A stretch of 64,000 nt of DNA, taken from assembly GCA_963826115.1 (NCBI GenBank), contig CAWGVS010000010.1, positions 320,001 to 384,000 of the forward strand, given 5' to 3'. Positions 47,109-57,352 of this stretch are shown piece after piece; position 1 is the stretch's first letter; every line of letters begins with the position of its first letter. Position numbers and translations under genes: made by a program. The stretch is from an uncultured Candidatus Rokubacteria bacterium (lineage in GTDB: Bacteria > Methylomirabilota > Methylomirabilia > Rokubacteriales > DASRDR01). The notes under the pieces are model-generated. The model saw only the letters and a list, made by a program, of their open reading frames with translations, had not been told where the DNA came from and made no database searches.

Positions 47109-49037
47109 TCAGATTGTAGCCCGCGGAATCCAGACGCGCATCGCCCCCGCCGCGCGATTGGCCCACGCGTAGTAGGGGATGGCCGTGAGCTCGACGCGCC
47201 GCCGGGCGGGCGCGGGCCCCGACCCCACCGCGCGATACAGGCGGCCGCGCCACGACGCCGCATCCACCTGGTAGCCCGCCGCGCGGATCGCCACGACGCC
47301 CTCGAGGAGCGCGGGCTCCGGGCGAGCGGCGAGCGCCGCCGTCGGGTCGAGCTCGAGCTCGGCCACCGGGACGTCGCCCTGGTCGGCCTGCTCCACGCAG
47401 TACACGAGCGGACCGCGCTCGATCGCGACCGCGCCGCGCGTGGACTCGATCGCGGGGTGCGCCTCGATGAGCGCCGCCTCCATGGAGAGGTCGAGCTCCA
47501 CCACGTCGCCGTCGCGCCAGCGCCGCGCGAGGCGCGCGTAGCCGTCGGCGGCCGGCGCCGCGCTGAGGGCGTCCCCGTTCACCCGGACGGCGGGCCGGCT
47601 GCACCATGCGGGCACGCGCAGCGCGAGGGTCCAGGGAGCCGCCGGCCCCGCCTCCACCGTCAGGCGGACCGCGCCGTCCCACGGGTAGCGCGTGTCCATG
47701 CGGAGCCGGACGGGCTCGCCCGAGGGCAGGGACGTCGAGATGCGCGCCGGCGCGTACTGGTGCACCTGGAGACCCGAGGCGTCGCGTGTCGCGACGTAGT
47801 GGCCGAGGGACGCGAGCAGCCGCATGACGTTCGGCGGGCAGCAGGCGACCAGGTGCCACTCCTTGCGCCGGCAGCCGCCGCGCCCGAGGTGCTCGGGCTG
47901 CCCGTTGCTCGCGAGCGGGTTGACGTAGAAGTAGCGCTCGCCGTCGAGCGACACGCCGGCGAGGACGGCGTTGTGGAGCGTCCGGTCGATCAGGTCCGCG
48001 AAGCGGCCCTGCCCGGTGGCGAGGAGCATCCGCCAGCTCCACAGGATGCTGGCGATCGCCGCGCAGGTCTCGTCGTAGGCGAGCTCGTTGGGGAGCTCGT
48101 ACGGCTGGCCGAAGGCCTCGCCGAGGTGCCGCGAGCCCACGCCGCCGGTGACGTAGAGCTTGTGGCTCACGAGGTCCGCCCACTGGCGCTCGAGGGCCTG
48201 GAGGAGCGCCGCCTCCCCGGTCTCCAGGTACACGTCCGCGACGCCGGTCGTCAGGTAGAGGGAGCGGACCGCGTGGCCCTCGACCTCGGAGGTCTCGCGC
48301 ACCGGCACCCGGTCCTGGTAGTACGCGGCGCTGTTGTAGCGGCCGGGTCCGAGCCAGCCGTGCCCGCGCTGGTCGAGGAAGAAGCGCGCGAGATCGAGAT
48401 AGCGGCGCTCCCCGGTCTCGCGGTAGAGCTCGACGAGCCCCATCTCGATCTCCGGGTGGCCGGGCGTGCCCGGCAGCTTGCCCGGCCCGAAGCGCCCGTC
48501 CAGGTAGTCCGCGAAGCGGCGGGCGATGGCGAGGAGCCGGCCGTCGCCCGTCGCGCGGTGGTGGGCGACGGCAGCCTCGCAGAGATGGCCGGCGCAGTAG
48601 AGCTCGTGCCCCTGGGCGAAGTCGGTCCAGCGCCGTTCCGGCTCGGCGACCGTGTAGTGCGAGTTCAGGTAGCCGTCCGCGCCCTGCGCGGCGCCCACGA
48701 TGTCGATGGCCTCGCCCATGTGGGAGAGGAGCCAGTCGCTCGGCACCCGCGCGTGCTCGTATGCGGCCGCCTCGATCCACTTGTAGACGTCCGAGTCCAT
48801 GAACACCGGGCCCTGGTACCGCCCGGCGGACCGGCCGCCCGCGATCCGGAGGTTCTCAAAGTTGCCCGCGGTCTCGAGCATGCGGTAGCCGTGGGGCAGG
48901 GCCCGGTCGCGGTTGGTGGCCTGTCGCCGCGCCCAGAGGCCGCCGTCGATCGTCACGGCGTTGCCCTCGAGCGTTCGCCACGTGGCGGCCAGGCTGCGGG
49001 TAGTATCGGTCGGGCTTGCGCCGCGGCTCGCAGTCAT
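47109..49037 (-). CDS. Glycoside hydrolase family 127 (beta-L-arabinofuranosidase HypBA1-like)
   Basis: DSDVYKWIEA, HELYCAGHL, GHPEIE, GHAVR, GEAFG, YDETCA, CCPPN (Zn/Cys catalytic set intact), RGPLVYC. Confidence 0.95.
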   Translation of the reverse strand: MTASRGASPTDTTRSLAATWRTLEGNAVTIDGGLWARRQATNRDRALPHGYRMLETAGNFENLRIAGGRSAGRYQGPVFMDSDVYKWIEAAAYEHARVPSDWLLSHMGEAIDIVGAAQGADGYLNSHYTVAEPERRWTDFAQGHELYCAGHLCEAAVAHHRATGDGRLLAIARRFADYLDGRFGPGKLPGTPGHPEIEMGLVELYRETGERRYLDLARFFLDQRGHGWLGPGRYNSAAYYQDRVPVRETSEVEGHAVRSLYLTTGVADVYLETGEAALLQALERQWADLVSHKLYVTGGVGSRHLGEAFGQPYELPNELAYDETCAAIASILWSWRMLLATGQGRFADLIDRTLHNAVLAGVSLDGERYFYVNPLASNGQPEHLGRGGCRRKEWHLVACCPPNVMRLLASLGHYVATRDASGLQVHQYAPARISTSLPSGEPVRLRMDTRYPWDGAVRLTVEAGPAAPWTLALRVPAWCSRPAVRVNGDALSAAPAADGYARLARRWRDGDVVELDLSMEAALIEAHPAIESTRGAVAIERGPLVYCVEQADQGDVPVAELELDPTAALAARPEPALLEGVVAIRAAGYQVDAASWRGRLYRAVGSGPAPARRRVELTAIPYYAWANRAAGAMRVWIPRATI

Positions 49038-49077
49038 CGGAATCCTCCGGGGTTGGTCGCTTCGGTCGAGTTCGATG

Positions 49078-49950
49078 TCAGCCGGGGAAGCGCGCTTCGG
49101 CCAGGCCGCGGACGCCCGGCTCGAGGGCGAGGAGCCCGCCGGCGCACGGCTGCGCCCGGAGGGCGTCCGGTGTCAGCCCGATCGACGCGGACGTCACGTA
49201 CAGCACGTCGAGGTCCGGCCCGCCGAAGGCCGGGCAGGTGGGGCGCTGGACCGGGAGGCGGACCAACCGCTCCGTGCGGCCGGTGGGATCGTGGCGCGTG
49301 AGCTGCCAGCCATCCCAGTGGGCGAGCCACACGAACCCCTCGGCGTCGACGGTCGCGCCGTCCGGGTTCCCCTCGTCGCCCGACAGCGTCACGAAGAGGC
49401 GCCGGTTGGCGATCTCGCCGCGGTCGGGGTCCGAGTCCCACGCCCAGACGGTTCGCCGGATGGTGTCGGCGTGGTACATGGTCCGACCGTCCGGGCTCCA
49501 GCAGAGCGAGTTCGAGATGACGATCCCGTCGACCATGCGGTGGCAGGAGCCGTCCGGATCGAGGCGGTAGAGAGCTCCGGTGGGCGTCGTCTCCGGATCG
49601 TGCATGCTCCCGGCCCAGAACCGGCCGCGGCGGTCAGGCTTGCCGTCGTTGAGTCGGTTCTCGGGCCGATCACGCTCCGCATCCACCATCAGCTCGATCG
49701 CCCCGGTGTCGAGATCGAGAGCGTGGAAGCCCGACCGGAGCGCCAGCACGAGCCCGCCGCGGGCACGGCGGACCAGGGAGCCCACGGTCTCGGGCGTTGG
49801 CCACCGCGTGTCGCGGCCGGTGACCGGATCGAACCGGTGCACCGCGCGGCCCTTGATGTCGACCCAGTAGAGGCAGCCGTCGCCGCGGTCCCAGAGCGGT
49901 CCCTCGCCGAGGACCGCGCGCGCCGGCAGGACGCAGCGGACGTCGGTCAC
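49078..49950 (-). CDS. SMP-30/gluconolactonase family sugar lactonase (XylC/AraB-like)
   Basis: LGEGPLW, YWVDI, RLNDGK.D..GRFWAGSM, SNSLCWSPDG, PDGATVDAEG, CPAFGG..LYVTSA. Confidence 0.94.
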   Translation of the reverse strand: MTDVRCVLPARAVLGEGPLWDRGDGCLYWVDIKGRAVHRFDPVTGRDTRWPTPETVGSLVRRARGGLVLALRSGFHALDLDTGAIELMVDAERDRPENRLNDGKPDRRGRFWAGSMHDPETTPTGALYRLDPDGSCHRMVDGIVISNSLCWSPDGRTMYHADTIRRTVWAWDSDPDRGEIANRRLFVTLSGDEGNPDGATVDAEGFVWLAHWDGWQLTRHDPTGRTERLVRLPVQRPTCPAFGGPDLDVLYVTSASIGLTPDALRAQPCAGGLLALEPGVRGLAEARFPG

Positions 49951-50834
49951 GCCGTCTCGGGAGTCAGGGTGAACGCCGCGCGCGCGGTGTCACCCGGCGC
50001 CAGGACGAGCATGCCCGTGTCCGCGCGGCCGGCGGCGGCGAGGTTGAAGGCCTCGGTGATGTGGCTCACCGGCTCGGCGCAGAAGAACGCCTCGCCCGGC
50101 GGCGTGTAGACGACCAGGGTCGAGAGCGGATCGCTCGCCCGGAGCCGGAGCCGCGCATGCCACTCGGGCCACGCGATGACGGCCTCCCGGTCCCAGCCGA
50201 CGAAGACGTTGTCGAGCGCGACGCGATCGACGGCGAGACCGAGGCGCGGGTCGCGATCGGGGGGAGGCGTCACGAGGACGGTCGGCAGGATCTCGGCGTC
50301 GGTCAGCCAGATCCCGGTCACGCGCGCGTGGAGCGTCGTCGCCGCGGTCCGCGGGAAGTACGGGTGCCAGCCGAGTCCCGCGGGCATCGTGGTCTCGCTC
50401 TCGTTCGTCACGGCCATCTCGACGTCGAGGCCAGCCGGCGTCAAGGCGATCCGCTGCGTCGCGCGGTACGCCCAGGGCCATTCGCCGGGTGCGTGGCGAT
50501 GCTCGAGGACGGCCTCAGACGCGCTCCGGTCCGTCACCGTCCAGGGGGCCCGGTAGCCGAGCCCGTGGATCGCGTGGCCCCGGAGGTTCGGCGTCAACGC
50601 GACCGCCTGCCCGCCGAACGTGAAGCGCCCCGCGCGGATCCGGTTCGACCAGGGCACGAGCGGGAAGCTCGACAGCCCGCCCGGCTCGCCGTGTCGGAGA
50701 GCCTCCGGCGGGGTCGGGCGGAGGAAGTCCAACGTCGCGCGGCCGGTGTCCTGCCAGAAGCGGGCGATCGAGCCGCCGATCCCCGGAGCGAGGGTGGCAC
50801 CGAGCGCGCCATGGCGGAGCGTGATCGAGTCCAT
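49947..50834 (-). CDS. Aldose 1-epimerase (mutarotase) family protein
   Basis: GGSI, FPLVPWSNRI..G.F, HAIHG, GLGWHPYF, FFCAEPVSH. Confidence 0.92.
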   Translation of the reverse strand: MDSITLRHGALGATLAPGIGGSIARFWQDTGRATLDFLRPTPPEALRHGEPGGLSSFPLVPWSNRIRAGRFTFGGQAVALTPNLRGHAIHGLGYRAPWTVTDRSASEAVLEHRHAPGEWPWAYRATQRIALTPAGLDVEMAVTNESETTMPAGLGWHPYFPRTAATTLHARVTGIWLTDAEILPTVLVTPPPDRDPRLGLAVDRVALDNVFVGWDREAVIAWPEWHARLRLRASDPLSTLVVYTPPGEAFFCAEPVSHITEAFNLAAAGRADTGMLVLAPGDTARAAFTLTPETA

Positions 50835-50842
50835 GCTCGGCG

Positions 50843-50873
50843 AGGATACCGGGCGCCTTGCCGTCCCGGCAAG
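50843..50873 (-). promoter_or_regulatory. Candidate promoter of the epimerase-lactonase-GH127 unit with overlapping inverted repeat
   Basis: Minus strand TTGCCG-N18-TATCCT, 8 nt before ATG 50834. Inverted repeat CTTGCCG-TCC-CGGCAAG at 50857-50873. Confidence 0.5.
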
Positions 50874-50936
50874 CGGACCCCGTGCTAGCGTGAGGGCCGT
50901 CAGCCGGCCGCCCACGCGCACCCCAAGGAGGGGACC

Positions 50937-51701
50937 ATGTCGTACGCCACGTACCCGAGCCTCCGCGACCGCGTCGTCCTCGTGACCGGGGGCGGCAGCG
51001 GGATCGGCGCCTCCATCGTCGAGCACTTCGCGGCCCAGGGCTCGCACGTGGCCTTCCTCGACATCGACCGCGCGGCCAGCGAGAGCCTCCGCGAGACGAT
51101 CGCGGCCGGTGGGCGCCCCCGTCCGGTCTTCGTCCACTGCGACCTTCGGGACATCCCGGCGCTCCGCGCCGCGGTCAGCGAGGTGCGCCGGCAGCTCGGG
51201 CCGATCCGGGTGCTGATCAACAACGCGGCGCACGACGAGCGCCACGCGCTCGACACCGTCACGCCCGAGTACTGGGACGACCGGCTCGCGGTCAACCTGC
51301 GGCACCAGTTCTTCGCGGCCCAGGCCGTCTACCCGGACATGGCGGCGGCGGGCGGCGGCGCCATCGTGAACCTCGGCTCGACGTCCTGGATGGCCGGGCA
51401 GGGCGGGATGCCCGGCTACACGACCGCGAAGTCGGGGGTCGTCGGGCTGACGCGCGGGCTGGCCCGGGACCTCGGCCCGCACGGGATCCGCGTGACCTGC
51501 GTCGTGCCGGGGTGGATCATGACCGAGCGGCAGATCAAGCTCTGGCTCACGCCGGAGTCGGAAGCCGAGCTCCTCCGCCGCCAGTGCCTCAAGCGGAAGC
51601 TCGTGCCCGCGGACATCGCGCGCGCCGTGCTGTTCTTCGCGGCCGACGACAGCGCGGCCTGCACGGCGCAGAGCTACGTCGTCGACGCCGGCTGGACCTG
51701 A
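50937..51701 (+). CDS. SDR-family D-xylose 1-dehydrogenase (Caulobacter XylB-like)
   Basis: YPSL..RVVLVTGGGSGIG, NNAAHDERH, W..RLAVNLRHQFF, YTTAK, PGWIMTERQ..LW, QCLK, VDAGW. SD AAGGAGG. Confidence 0.88.
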   Translation: MSYATYPSLRDRVVLVTGGGSGIGASIVEHFAAQGSHVAFLDIDRAASESLRETIAAGGRPRPVFVHCDLRDIPALRAAVSEVRRQLGPIRVLINNAAHDERHALDTVTPEYWDDRLAVNLRHQFFAAQAVYPDMAAAGGGAIVNLGSTSWMAGQGGMPGYTTAKSGVVGLTRGLARDLGPHGIRVTCVVPGWIMTERQIKLWLTPESEAELLRRQCLKRKLVPADIARAVLFFAADDSAACTAQSYVVDAGWT

Positions 51702-51742
51702 TCCGCGCGGCCGCCGCATCCTCGCCGCGGCCGGCGCGGCGG

Positions 51743-54095
51743 TCACTCGACCCGTAGCTCGCGCGCCCGGGCCTTCACGATGACCGTGCGGCCGTCGAGG
51801 GCCCAGCCGCGCTCGGCGCGCTCGAGCTCGGCGCCGCCGAGGCGTGGGAGCGCCTGCCCGTCGGCCGTCGCCGTCCGCGCGGCGTCGCTGTCGCGGAGGC
51901 GCAGGACCAGCGTGGCGTCGCTCCCCCGGGCCTCGAGCGTGACTCGGCCCTGGTCCCGCCGGCAGCGAAAATCGACCCGCCCGGCGTCCGTGCGGTAGGC
52001 GAACGTCGCCTCGGTCGTGACGAAGGCCTCCACGGTCAGGGGATCGGCCGGCGCCTCGGCGACGTGCTGTCGCACTGGCCCGAGGACGAGCAGGCTGTTC
52101 TCCCGAAGGTAGAGTGGCAGCTCGCGCAGCGGCACCTGGCGCCGGAGCGTCCGCGGTCCCTCGAGCACGGTCCCGCTCCACCAGTCCATCCACCGGCCGG
52201 GCGGCAGGTAGGTCGTGGTCCAGCCGTCGTCGGTGACCACCGGGGAGACGAGGAGCTCCCGGCCCAGGCAGTACTGGAGGTCGAACGCGTGGCTCGCCGG
52301 GTCGTCCGGGAACTCCAGCACCATCGGCCGCATGAGGGGCGTCCCGGTCTCGGCGGCCTGCCAGCCGTGGCTCACGAGATACGGCACCAGCCGGCTCCGG
52401 AGCCGGGCGTACTCGCGGAAGATCCCGAGCGCCTCGTCGCCGAATCGCCAGGGCTCGCGCGGCGTCGCCCCGTGATACCGGCTGAGCGCGGAGAGGAAGC
52501 CGAGCTGCGCCCACCGGACGTAGAGCGCGGGCGACGGCTCGCCCCAGAAGCCGCCGATGTCGTGGCTCCAGTAGGCGAGCCCGCTCATCGCGGTCGCCAG
52601 CCCGCCGCGAAGGGTGTTGGCCATGTCGAGGAACGTGCACTCCGAGTCGCCCGCCCAGTGGCCGGGATAGCGCTGGACGCCCGGCGCCGCGCTGCGCGAC
52701 CAGGCGACCGCGCGCGGGCCGTGCGCGGCCTGCGTGGCCTCGAACGAAGCCTGCTGGTAGAGGAGCGGATAGGGGTTGTGCATCTCGGCGCCCGTGAGCC
52801 CGTTCGCGAAGCGGGCGTCCTCCGGGATCTCCTCGGCGAAATCGGGCTTGAAGGAGTCCGCGCCGAGCGCCAGCTGCTCGGCGAGCTTCCCCCGGTACCA
52901 CCCGGTCGGCCTCCGGGTTCGTGAAGTCGACGATGGCGCAGAGCCCCATGCCCCGCTCCGTCCGCTGGCTCCACACGAGCGCGTCGTAGACGCTCCCGTC
53001 CGGCCGGCGGAGGAAGTACCCGCCCTTCACCCCTTCGTGGTAGAGGGCGCTCTGGCAGGAGACGTAGGGGTTGATCCAGAGACAGTTGTGGAAGCCCTCG
53101 CGGTGGAGCGCGGCCATGAGGCGCCGGGGATCGGGGAGCCGCTCCGCGTCCCACTCGAAGTCGCACCACATGTACGCGCGCTGCCAGAAGGAGTCGAGGT
53201 GGAACACGTCGCAGGGGATACCCTCCTGCCGGAGCCGCCGCGCCTCCGCCAGCACCGACGCCTCGGTGAACTTCACGAAGCAGGTCGAGGCCCACAGCCC
53301 GAACGCCCACTCGGGCGGGACGGCGGGTTTCCCGGTGAGGTCCGTATACGCGCCCAGGATCTCCTTCGGCGTTCCCGCGAGCACGTAGTAGTCGAGCTCG
53401 GGGCCCGCGGCCTCTACCGTGAAGGTCCGGTTCGACCGGCTGCCCACGTGGAACGTGACCGCGGTGGGCACGTCGACGAAGAGGCCGTAGCCGCGGCTCC
53501 CGACGAGGACGGGGATGTTCTTGTAGGCGAGCTCGGAGCGCGACCCGTAGGGATTGCGGTTCCAGATCCGGATCGAGCGTCCCACGTGGTCGAGGCGCGT
53601 GAACTTCTCGCCGCCGCCGTAGAAATGGTCCTCGGGGTCGAGGAGGAGGTTGTCCACGACGGCCAGGGTCCGGTGGGCCGGATCGATGGGGCGGGTCTCC
53701 ACCTCGAGGCCGGGACGCGGTCCCAGGCGATGACCCGCGAAGTTCACGTCGTCCGACACCTGGTGGGTGAGGAGGCGCCCGTCGGCCGTGCGGAACGTGA
53801 GCTGCCACGGATCGAGCGTCGCCTCCACGGCGAGGTGCGCGGTCCGCAGGATCACCCGGCCCTCGGGGGTCTCCACGCGCCCGGCGCTCGCGTCGGGCCG
53901 GGTCACGATGTACGTCTGCGCCTTGGCGAGGGGGGTCGCGCCGGCCGTGATGCGCACGCGGACCGCACGCGGACCTGCGGCCTCGAGGGTGAGGCGCGCG
54001 GGCGCGAGCAGCTCGGTCACGCACCGGAACTCGACGCCGTGCGGGGTGCGCTCCCATCCGAGCGCCCGGATCAGACCCAAGTTTCGGATGTCCAT
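51743..54095 (-). CDS. GH31 alpha-xylosidase (YicI-like), one +1 frameshift at about 52907 as assembled
   Basis: YGGGEKF, AYKNIP, PEWAFGLWAST, VFHLDSFW..MWCDFEWD, WINPY. After removing one base: VDFTNPEATGWY...FKPDFAE, MHNPY, HWAGD, WSHDIGGF, REPW. Confidence 0.9.
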
Positions 54096-54129
54096 GAACC
54101 CTCCGAGGTCGAGTCTCTGGTGTGGTCGA

Positions 54130-54954
54130 TCAGCCCTTCACGGCGCCGAGGGTCAGGCCCCGGACCAGGAAGCGCTGGAGGGCGACCGTCATGACGATGT
54201 TCGGGAGCATGACCATCACCGCGGCGGCGCTCATCTCCCCGTAGAGCGGGCCGATGTCGGTGGTGAAGCCGGCGATGACCACGGGCAGCGTCTTCGCGTT
54301 CACGCCGCTCAGGATCAGGGCGAAGAGGAACTCGTTCCACGCGACCAGGAACGCGAAGATGGCCGCCACCACGAGCCCCGGCGCCACGATCGGGATCACC
54401 ACCCGCAGGAGGACGCCCAGCGGGCCGCAGCCGTCGATCATCGCCGCCTCCTCGATCTCGATCGGCACGTCCATGAAGAAGCCAATGAGGAGCCAGATGG
54501 TGAAGGGGAGCGCGAACGAGATGTAGGCGATGACGAGGCCGGTGTACGTGTCGAGGAGCCCGACCTTCTGCATCATCAGGAAGTAGGGCACGACCAGGAC
54601 GGTGCGTGGCACCATGCGGGTCACCAGCACCAGGAAGCGCACCGCCTCCGAGCCGCTGAACCGGAAGCGAGCGAACCCGTACCCGGCCAGGATTCCGAGG
54701 ACCAGGCTGCCGATCGTCGTCCCCACGGCCACGACCAGGCTGTTCGTCAGGTACTGGACGAACGGGATGTTCGTGAGCACGTTTCGGTAGTTGTCGAGGA
54801 TCGGGGTGAACAGCCACTCGGGCGGCTTGGCGTAGAGGCTCCGCTCGGTCTTGAGCGAGGCGGTCGCGATCCAGTAGAGCGGGAAGAGGGTCCACGCGAG
54901 GATCGGCGCGAGCGCGAGCCCGGTCAGCCACGCGCGGAGCGGGGTCGGCTTCAT
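54130..54954 (-). CDS. Carbohydrate ABC transporter permease (CUT1, MalG-like)
   Basis: FPLYW..SLK, YLTNSL, EAA loop EIEEAAMIDG, AWNEFLFA, LVRGLTLGAVKG. Confidence 0.95.
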   Translation of the reverse strand: MKPTPLRAWLTGLALAPILAWTLFPLYWIATASLKTERSLYAKPPEWLFTPILDNYRNVLTNIPFVQYLTNSLVVAVGTTIGSLVLGILAGYGFARFRFSGSEAVRFLVLVTRMVPRTVLVVPYFLMMQKVGLLDTYTGLVIAYISFALPFTIWLLIGFFMDVPIEIEEAAMIDGCGPLGVLLRVVIPIVAPGLVVAAIFAFLVAWNEFLFALILSGVNAKTLPVVIAGFTTDIGPLYGEMSAAAVMVMLPNIVMTVALQRFLVRGLTLGAVKG

Positions 54955-55823
54955 GCCGCGCCGCCCGACCGCTGGGGGCGGAGGATGGCGCGCATGAGGA
55001 GGTAGCAGAGGACGGCTACCAGACCGAGGGTGATGATCCCGAGGGCGTTGGCGAGCCCCATGTGGCCGAGCCCGAACACCCGGTAGCTGAGCATCTGGAT
55101 CGTCTGGGTCGCGGTGCCGGGGCCGCCGCCCGTAAGGACGTAGATGATGTCGAGCTCCCGGAACGCGTCCATCCCCCGGATCAGCACCGCGACCAGCATG
55201 ATGTAGGCGAGGAGGGGCGCCGTGATGTGGCGGAACGCCTGCCAGCGGGACGCCCCGTCGACCGCCGCCGCCTCGAACAGCTCGGCGGGCAGGACCTCGA
55301 TCCCGGCGTACATCACCAGGAACATGAACGGGATCGTGCGCCACGCGTCGACCAGCGTAATCGACACCAGCGCGAGCGTGGGATCGCTGAGCCAGGGCGG
55401 CCGTCCGAACCCGACGAGGTGCAGGTAGTAGTTCAGCGGCCCCATGTCGGGGTGGAAGATCACCCGCCACATGGTCGCGCCCACGACCGGCACCACGAAC
55501 AGGGGCAAGAGCAGCACCACGCGGAGCGGCCTCAGGAAGCGGAACGGCTGGCTGAAGAGAAGCGCGAGACCGAGCCCGGCCAGGAACTCGAGCGCGACGG
55601 CGCCCGCGGTGAAGAGCCCGGTCACCACCACGGCGCGCCGGAGCTCGGGGTCGGTGGCCAGCCGGACGTAGTTGCCGAGGCCGATGAAGGGGATGTGACG
55701 CGGCCGGAGCAGCCACCAGTCGAAGAGGCTCAGCCAGGCGGAGTAGACGAGGGGGACCACGTCGATCGCGAAGAGGAACAGGAGTCCCGGGAGCAGGAAC
55801 CCCCGTCCTCCGCGCGCGCGCAC
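54951..55823 (-). CDS. Carbohydrate ABC transporter permease (CUT1, MalF-like)
   Basis: FIGLGNY, WLSDP, DAWRTIPF, ELFEAAAVDGA, LTGGGPG. Confidence 0.95.
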   Translation of the reverse strand: MRARGGRGFLLPGLLFLFAIDVVPLVYSAWLSLFDWWLLRPRHIPFIGLGNYVRLATDPELRRAVVVTGLFTAGAVALEFLAGLGLALLFSQPFRFLRPLRVVLLLPLFVVPVVGATMWRVIFHPDMGPLNYYLHLVGFGRPPWLSDPTLALVSITLVDAWRTIPFMFLVMYAGIEVLPAELFEAAAVDGASRWQAFRHITAPLLAYIMLVAVLIRGMDAFRELDIIYVLTGGGPGTATQTIQMLSYRVFGLGHMGLANALGIITLGLVAVLCYLLMRAILRPQRSGGAA

Positions 55824-55842
55824 GGCCCCCCTCGTCCGGGTC

Positions 55843-57111
55843 TTACTTGCCGAGGATCCGGTTCGTCCCGGCGTCGATCTCCTTCAGGGCGGCGTCGAGG
55901 GTGAGCTCGCCGGCCGTGAGCTTGCCGGTGGTGATCCGGAAGTGCTCTTGGATGTCGGCGAACTCGCGGAGCCGCGGTCGCTCCTTGGCGACGCGCAGGC
56001 TCGCGAGGAGCGCCTCGACGTACGGGAGCGCGGCCTTGGTTCCGGGGTCCTGGAGGACCGAGATTCGCGGGCTGTGGATCGCGGACGAGGCACTCGGGAA
56101 CTTGGTCGCCGCGAGGCCGAACTCCTTGCTGCTGAACCACTTGGCGAACTCCCAGGCGGCGTCCTGGTTCGGGCTGTTCTTCGGGATGCCGATGGTCCAC
56201 ACGCCCCGCATCGGCGTCTGCCGGACCGCCTTCGGGACCAGCGTGTAGCCGAGCTTGCCGGCGACCGTGGAGCGGGTCGGGTCCTCCATCGGCTTCGCGC
56301 CCGACGCCCACTGGATGGCCATGGCCGCCTGGCCGGTCTGGATCGCCTTGTTGACGTCGGGGAACGTGTAGCTCCGCACGTTGGTCGGCGCGAACTTCAG
56401 GAGCTCGAGGAAGATCTCCGCGCCCTTCCGGCCGGCCGGCGTGTTGACGCCGCCCTTCCCGTCGGCCGTCACGAGCTCGGCCCCCTGGGACCACATCGAC
56501 ACCAGCATGTAGAGGCAGGTCTGGATGTCGCTGCTCGCCGTGACCGCGATGCCGTACTGCTCCTTGGCGGGATCGGTGAAGGCCTTGGCGGCGGCCAGGA
56601 GCTCGTCCCAGGTCGCCGGGGGCTTCATGCCCTTCTGGTCGAAGAGGTCCTTCCGGTAGACGAGGAGCTGCATGTTCGGGTCGACCGGCAGCGCGTACTG
56701 AATTCCCTGGAACGCGCCTGCCGCCAGGGCCGTCGGCACGAAGTCCGTCATGTCGTAGCCGCGCGCCCGCTCGGTGAGCGGCAGCAGGAACTCGGAGAGC
56801 GGCGCGATCCACGGCTCGTCCATGAACACGGCGTCGTAGCGGGCGGCGCTGCTCAGCGACAGCACCTGCTTCTTGTAGAGGTCCCCGATCGGCGCCGCGT
56901 CGATCTGCACCTTGATGCCCGTCTTCTTCTCGAACTCCGGCAGGTTCGCCCGGAGCACGTCCTCCTTGAAGCCGGCCAGCATCGAGAGGGTGATGGTCTT
57001 GCCCTGGGCCCAGGCCGCGCCGTCGGCGACCAGGAGCGCCGCGACGGCCAGCATCAGAACCAGGGCGGGCCACGACCGGCGGCCGGACCGCACTCGGTGG
57101 GTGTTTCGCAT
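55843..57111 (-). CDS. Sugar ABC transporter substrate-binding protein (SBP family 1)
   Basis: Signal peptide ends AWA-Q. Motifs EFEKKTGIKV, YALP, LVYRKDLF, PPATWDEL, AWEFAKW. Confidence 0.93.
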   Translation of the reverse strand: MRNTHRVRSGRRSWPALVLMLAVAALLVADGAAWAQGKTITLSMLAGFKEDVLRANLPEFEKKTGIKVQIDAAPIGDLYKKQVLSLSSAARYDAVFMDEPWIAPLSEFLLPLTERARGYDMTDFVPTALAAGAFQGIQYALPVDPNMQLLVYRKDLFDQKGMKPPATWDELLAAAKAFTDPAKEQYGIAVTASSDIQTCLYMLVSMWSQGAELVTADGKGGVNTPAGRKGAEIFLELLKFAPTNVRSYTFPDVNKAIQTGQAAMAIQWASGAKPMEDPTRSTVAGKLGYTLVPKAVRQTPMRGVWTIGIPKNSPNQDAAWEFAKWFSSKEFGLAATKFPSASSAIHSPRISVLQDPGTKAALPYVEALLASLRVAKERPRLREFADIQEHFRITTGKLTAGELTLDAALKEIDAGTNRILGK

Positions 57112-57352
57112 CTCCACGCCTGTCCTTTCCGCGCGGGGGGCGTCCGGGCGTCGAGCCCGGGCGGACCGCGCCTTCACCTCGTTGTGGATTGGATCTCGCG
57201 GGTCTCCGGCTCGACGGGCTCGAGCGTCGCGACCGGGTGGCGCGGGCGGGGCGCCGCGCCGCGTGCGACGGGACGGATCGAGCGACGCCACGTCGTCAGC
57301 ATCGTCCTCGCGGTCTCGACCAAGAAGGGTCGCCAGGTGTCCGATCGGCAGC

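Noticed and set aside
49947-54095. 1382-aa ORF suggesting a GH31-epimerase fusion
   Set aside because: Produced by the +1 base at about 52907. The middle is off-frame GH31 and antisense dehydrogenase, and the epimerase has its own start.
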